Made by a program: the position numbers and the translations under genes. DNA of 29,413 nucleotides from a virus. Its lineage: Duplodnaviria > Caudoviricetes. Positions 25,998 to 29,413 of this stretch are shown in pieces. Location of the stretch: IMG/VR virus record IMGVR_UViG_3300037631_003881, positions 1-29,413 of that record. One strand, given 5' to 3'. The first letter of the stretch is position 1; the number at the start of each line of letters is the position of its first letter. Below the pieces are notes generated by a model. That model was not told the DNA's origin. It did no database searches and saw nothing but the letters and a program-made list of their open reading frames with translations.

Positions 25998-26947
25998 AAC
26001 ATTATGTTAGGTTAAACAGCAACGGTACGTTCGGGCAATGCGGACATATGGTAAATGCTCCTAGATTTGAAACATACAAACAAATGAATAACAGTGCATG
26101 GGCAGAGTATTTAAAGTACCAAATGAATAACAATGAATGGCCCGAAGAGTGCAAAAGGTGTAAAGAAACAGAGGAAGTTAACGGAACAAGCATTCGTCTT
26201 AATAGTATAGAAAGACACAAGATACTGAGCAAGTTTAAAGACGATTATTTACAACTAGGAGGCACACTAGACAATTATTGTAACAGTGCTTGCATAAGTT
26301 GTAATCCCGGATTAAGCACACGAATTGGAAATCTTAAGGGAGAACTAGTAGTTCGAGATAATTATGATCTGTACAAAACACTACCTTTGGATAGATTGGT
26401 TGAGATAGATATTAATGGCGGCGAGCCTAGTATAAGTGTAAATTATAATGACTTGTTAGATAACTTGCCAAATACTGTAAAGATAGTAAGAATAAACACA
26501 AATGGATGTGTAAAGATAAAGCAAGTTGAGAAGTTACTTGCAAATAAAATAGCAGTAATAATTACAGTAAGTTTTGATGGTATCGGTAGTGTACACGACT
26601 ATATTAGATACCCTGTAAAATGGCATAAGTTTAAAGATAATTTACAGTATTATAAAACGCTCAGTGAGAAAAACAATTTATTAAAGTTAGACACTTGGAC
26701 TACTGTTAGCGCATTAAATGTAAAATATTTGAAAGATATACAAGAATATTGTAACAAACACAGTATACGTCATCAATATGCTTTTTTAGAACAACCTAAC
26801 GTGTTAAGTGTTAAGTATAAAAATTGGCTAACTAATGATGTTGACATGGATAACGTAGCAATAGATAGAGATAATACTACAGAACTAAGTGCGTTTTTAG
26901 AACTAGAAGAAGCAGTGCGCCCAGGAATAGAAAGATTTTGGATATGA
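25970..26947 (+). CDS. Radical SAM protein with N-terminal Twitch-like Cys cluster (copy 2)
   Basis: CNSACISC, INGGEPS, INTNG, VSFDG, YIRYPVKW. N-terminal YCP...CGHM...WPEECKRC. Confidence 0.9.
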   Translation: MEKLYCPRLEHYVRLNSNGTFGQCGHMVNAPRFETYKQMNNSAWAEYLKYQMNNNEWPEECKRCKETEEVNGTSIRLNSIERHKILSKFKDDYLQLGGTLDNYCNSACISCNPGLSTRIGNLKGELVVRDNYDLYKTLPLDRLVEIDINGGEPSISVNYNDLLDNLPNTVKIVRINTNGCVKIKQVEKLLANKIAVIITVSFDGIGSVHDYIRYPVKWHKFKDNLQYYKTLSEKNNLLKLDTWTTVSALNVKYLKDIQEYCNKHSIRHQYAFLEQPNVLSVKYKNWLTNDVDMDNVAIDRDNTTELSAFLELEEAVRPGIERFWI

Positions 26948-27480
26948 AAATAGCAATTACTGGATATAGTGAAGGCATTGGCAAAAGTTTTGCAAACATA
27001 CTCAGCAAGCAAGGACATGAAATCGTTGGACTCAGCAGAAGAAATGGACACAACATTCGTAGTCTAAATAAAGTTATTGGTCCTATTGTCGAGTGCGATA
27101 TGTTTATCAATAATGCGCAAGTTGGATTTGCGCAAACTGAATTACTATATAAAGTATGGCAACAATGGCATGATCAACCAAAAACAATATGGTTAATTGG
27201 TAGCATAATGAGTACTAACTATAAGACATCATTTGAAATGGAAGAGTATAAACTTCAAAAACAAACATTGGACCAAGCATATTATAATTTAAAAAATTCA
27301 AAAAGCAAGTGTAAACTAACATTGATACGTCCCGGATCCGTTGCTACACAGTCATATAATACTGCCGGAAAAGACAGTGCTGACGTAGATGTTTGGTGTC
27401 AAGCAGTAGTTGATATGTGGGATCGTTGTAGTAAAGATAATTTAAGCCTGCAGGAAATAAGTATTGGTCATGGATCCTAA
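26944..27480 (+). CDS. Short-chain dehydrogenase/reductase (short, ~178 aa)
   Basis: ITGYSEGIG NAD(P) motif, FINNA, IGS, catalytic YKLQK (YxxxK), IRPG. ATGA overlap with the upstream gene. Confidence 0.85.
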   Translation: MKIAITGYSEGIGKSFANILSKQGHEIVGLSRRNGHNIRSLNKVIGPIVECDMFINNAQVGFAQTELLYKVWQQWHDQPKTIWLIGSIMSTNYKTSFEMEEYKLQKQTLDQAYYNLKNSKSKCKLTLIRPGSVATQSYNTAGKDSADVDVWCQAVVDMWDRCSKDNLSLQEISIGHGS

Positions 27481-28603
27481 AAGCGCAATCAAGGGAGGAA
27501 GTTTCTGTCCAGTGCCATGGACAGGATTTATTATGTATCCAAATGGCAATGTAAAGAACTGTGTGTTAAGCGAAGAATATATTGGAAATATTAATAGTGA
27601 AAACATTGAAGATATACTGCATGGTACTAAAAATACAGAAATAAAATCATGCATGAATGCACATAAAAAACATCCTGGATGTGTTGGATGTCATAAACTA
27701 GAAGAAGGCACAGAGAACTTTAATGTTAGAAGTGACAGATACTATTATCTAAAAGCACTTTCAAGTGTACCATATACTGCATATGATACAATGGATACCG
27801 AATTAGCAACAGTTGATATGCGTTGGCGCAATACTTGCAATCTTGCCTGTGTGTATTGTGAACCGTCATTGAGTAGCACTTGGGCTAAAGAATTAAATGA
27901 AACTATCGAAGTTGATGAACAGCAACTTGCACAAACAAAGGAATACGTATTAGCAAATGCACCTAATTTAAAAAATGTATATTTGGCAGGCGGCGAACCC
28001 TTGCTGATGAAAGAAAACAGCGAACTACTGGACAGGCTAGATCCTAGTTGCACAGTTCGTATTAACACCAATCTAAGCAATATCAAAGGACCAGTGTTCA
28101 AACGCGCCAGTAAGTTTCGCAACGTACACTGGACTGTTAGTGTTGAAACTATGGGTGCAGAGTTTGAGTATATACGACACGGAGCAAAGTGGGATACATT
28201 TATTGAGAACTTAAAAGTAATTACAGAACTAGATCATAAGATAAGTTTTAATATGCTATGGCTTGTGCTTAATCCGTATACTGTATTTGATACAGTGGAT
28301 TATTTTTCACAATTAGGATACCAAGAGAATAGTTTTGTAATTGGTCCTATTACAAGTCCTGTAGATTTTGATGTTAGAAACTTACCGGATACTATACTTG
28401 AAGAACTTGGTAGTATACTGGATTCTCGAATACAAAGCACTGATAGTCGTTATTTGCTAAACAACAGTTATATAAACTTGAAGAAACATTTAGAATTACC
28501 ATTTACTAAACAACCAAATAAAACAAAAGAAAGATTACAAGGAATTGATGATCGTAGAGGATTAAACAGTAAAAATGTCTTTGACATTTACCAATACCTG
28601 TAA
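27470..28603 (+). CDS. Radical SAM protein with N-terminal Twitch-like Cys cluster (copy 3)
   Basis: CNLACVYC, LAGGEPLL, INTNL, FEYIRHGAKW. N-terminal FCPVPW..NC..IGNI..GCVGC. Confidence 0.9.
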   Translation: MDPKSAIKGGSFCPVPWTGFIMYPNGNVKNCVLSEEYIGNINSENIEDILHGTKNTEIKSCMNAHKKHPGCVGCHKLEEGTENFNVRSDRYYYLKALSSVPYTAYDTMDTELATVDMRWRNTCNLACVYCEPSLSSTWAKELNETIEVDEQQLAQTKEYVLANAPNLKNVYLAGGEPLLMKENSELLDRLDPSCTVRINTNLSNIKGPVFKRASKFRNVHWTVSVETMGAEFEYIRHGAKWDTFIENLKVITELDHKISFNMLWLVLNPYTVFDTVDYFSQLGYQENSFVIGPITSPVDFDVRNLPDTILEELGSILDSRIQSTDSRYLLNNSYINLKKHLELPFTKQPNKTKERLQGIDDRRGLNSKNVFDIYQYL

Positions 28604-28609
28604 TATAAT
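28581..28609 (+). promoter_or_regulatory. Perfect sigma70 consensus promoter for uvsX
   Basis: TTGACA (28581-28586), 17 nt, TATAAT (28604-28609). The -35 lies inside the last codons of the rSAM gene. Confidence 0.88.
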
Positions 28610-28637
28610 ATTAAACATAGGCACATAGGAGATAAAC

Positions 28638-29413
28638 ATGGCTAAGCCGTTCGACGTAAGCAAATTTAGAAAAGACATTACAAAATCAATTGATGGATTA
28701 AGCATTGGCTTCCATGATCCAACAGACTGGATCAGCACAGGTAGTTATGCACTCAACTATCTTATTAGTGGAGACTTTCACAAAGGTGTGCCTATGGGCA
28801 AAGTTACAGTGTTTGCTGGTGAATCAGGCGCAGGTAAAAGTTATTTTGCAAGCGGAAATATTATTAAAGCAGCACAGGAACAAGGTATCTTTGTTGTTGT
28901 AATTGATAGTGAAAACGCACTCGACGAAAGTTGGTTGCAAGCACTAGGTGTAGACACAGATGAAAGCAAGTTGCTTAAACTTAGTATGTCGATGATTGAT
29001 GATGTTGCTAAAACTATTAGTGTGTTTATGGCAGACTACAAAGCAATGGCAGAAGAAGAACGTCCAAAAGTATTGTTTGTACTTGATAGTTTGGGTATGA
29101 TGATGACACCTACTGATGTTGACCAGTTCAACAAAGGCGATATGAAAGGTGATATGGGTCGTAAGCCTAAGGCACTAACTGCACTTGTACGTAATACAGT
29201 TAACATGATTGGCAGTTACAACGTAGGTATGGTTGCAACTAATCACACATACGCATCGCAAGATATGTTTGATCCGGATGATAAAATTTCAGGCGGTCAA
29301 GGCTTTATCTATGCAAGTAGTATTGTTATCGCAATGCGTAAACTAAAACTAAAAGAAGATCTTGACGGTAATAAAACTACAACTGTAAATGGTATTCGTG
29401 CCGCATGTAAGGT
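28638..29413 (+). CDS. uvsX: RecA-like recombinase UvsX, 3'-truncated (absent from the supplied ORF track)
   Basis: Own translation MAKPFDVSKFRK...ISTGSYALNYLISG...FAGESGAGKS (Walker A), IDSENALD, VLDSLG, TNHTY, ISGGQG.IYASS. AGGAG SD. Open to the window end. Confidence 0.95.
   Translation, partial: MAKPFDVSKFRKDITKSIDGLSIGFHDPTDWISTGSYALNYLISGDFHKGVPMGKVTVFAGESGAGKSYFASGNIIKAAQEQGIFVVVIDSENALDESWLQALGVDTDESKLLKLSMSMIDDVAKTISVFMADYKAMAEEERPKVLFVLDSLGMMMTPTDVDQFNKGDMKGDMGRKPKALTALVRNTVNMIGSYNVGMVATNHTYASQDMFDPDDKISGGQGFIYASSIVIAMRKLKLKEDLDGNKTTTVNGIRAACK

Noticed and set aside
1666-28122. Many short antisense or alternate-frame ORFs in the track (e.g. 1666-2025, 5843-6181, 8430-8723, 11508-11891, 22341-22640, 24013-24363, 27745-28122)
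   Set aside because: They are shadows of well-supported genes, with biased composition and no motifs, RBS or promoter.
14759-28603. RiPP cluster, or 7-deazaguanine (QueE), NrdG or anaerobic sulfatase maturase assignment for the rSAMs
   Set aside because: No precursor peptide, RRE domain, queC/queD/folE/dpdA, nrdD or sulfatase nearby. The auxiliary cluster is N-terminal and neighbouring genes are glycan-type enzymes.
28705-28902. 65-aa ORF in the track
   Set aside because: Out-of-frame shadow inside uvsX, which the track missed because it has no stop codon in the window.
1-29413. Stop-codon reassignment
   Set aside because: Core genes are full length in code 11, and TAA, TAG and TGA all occur as genuine stops (e.g. 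TAG 805-807 and 21898-21900, TGA 4814-4816).

Overview
AT-rich (roughly 35% GC by eye) segment of a large T4-like contractile-tailed phage genome. It reads in the standard genetic code, with no tRNA, rRNA, CRISPR array, IS element or integrase. The core genes, in order, are: the end of a short fibre gene (Mtd_N-like start, autocleaving chaperone-like end), an inverted gp14-gp15-Nudix operon, gp13 neck, gp1 dNMP kinase, a very large gp18 sheath, gp19 tube plus a tube paralog, gp4 head completion, a probable small terminase, acidic internal-head proteins, gp17 large terminase, gp32 SSB and the 5' part of uvsX/recA. Small enzyme cassettes are wedged between these core genes. They encode three N-terminal-Twitch radical SAM proteins, an SDR, a sulfotransferase-like protein, an SGNH-fold protein and two glycosyltransferase-like proteins, which together suggest a dispersed phage-encoded glycan-building and tailoring system. 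Three other signals stand out. Five T4-type late promoter motifs sit exactly 5 nt before an ATG, predicting leaderless mRNAs, while abundant structural genes have Shine-Dalgarno leaders. One of those leaderless genes is a stand-alone Smr nuclease. An ATAGGCACAT motif is shared by the ssb and uvsX leaders. All family calls come from motif recognition by eye, not database searches.
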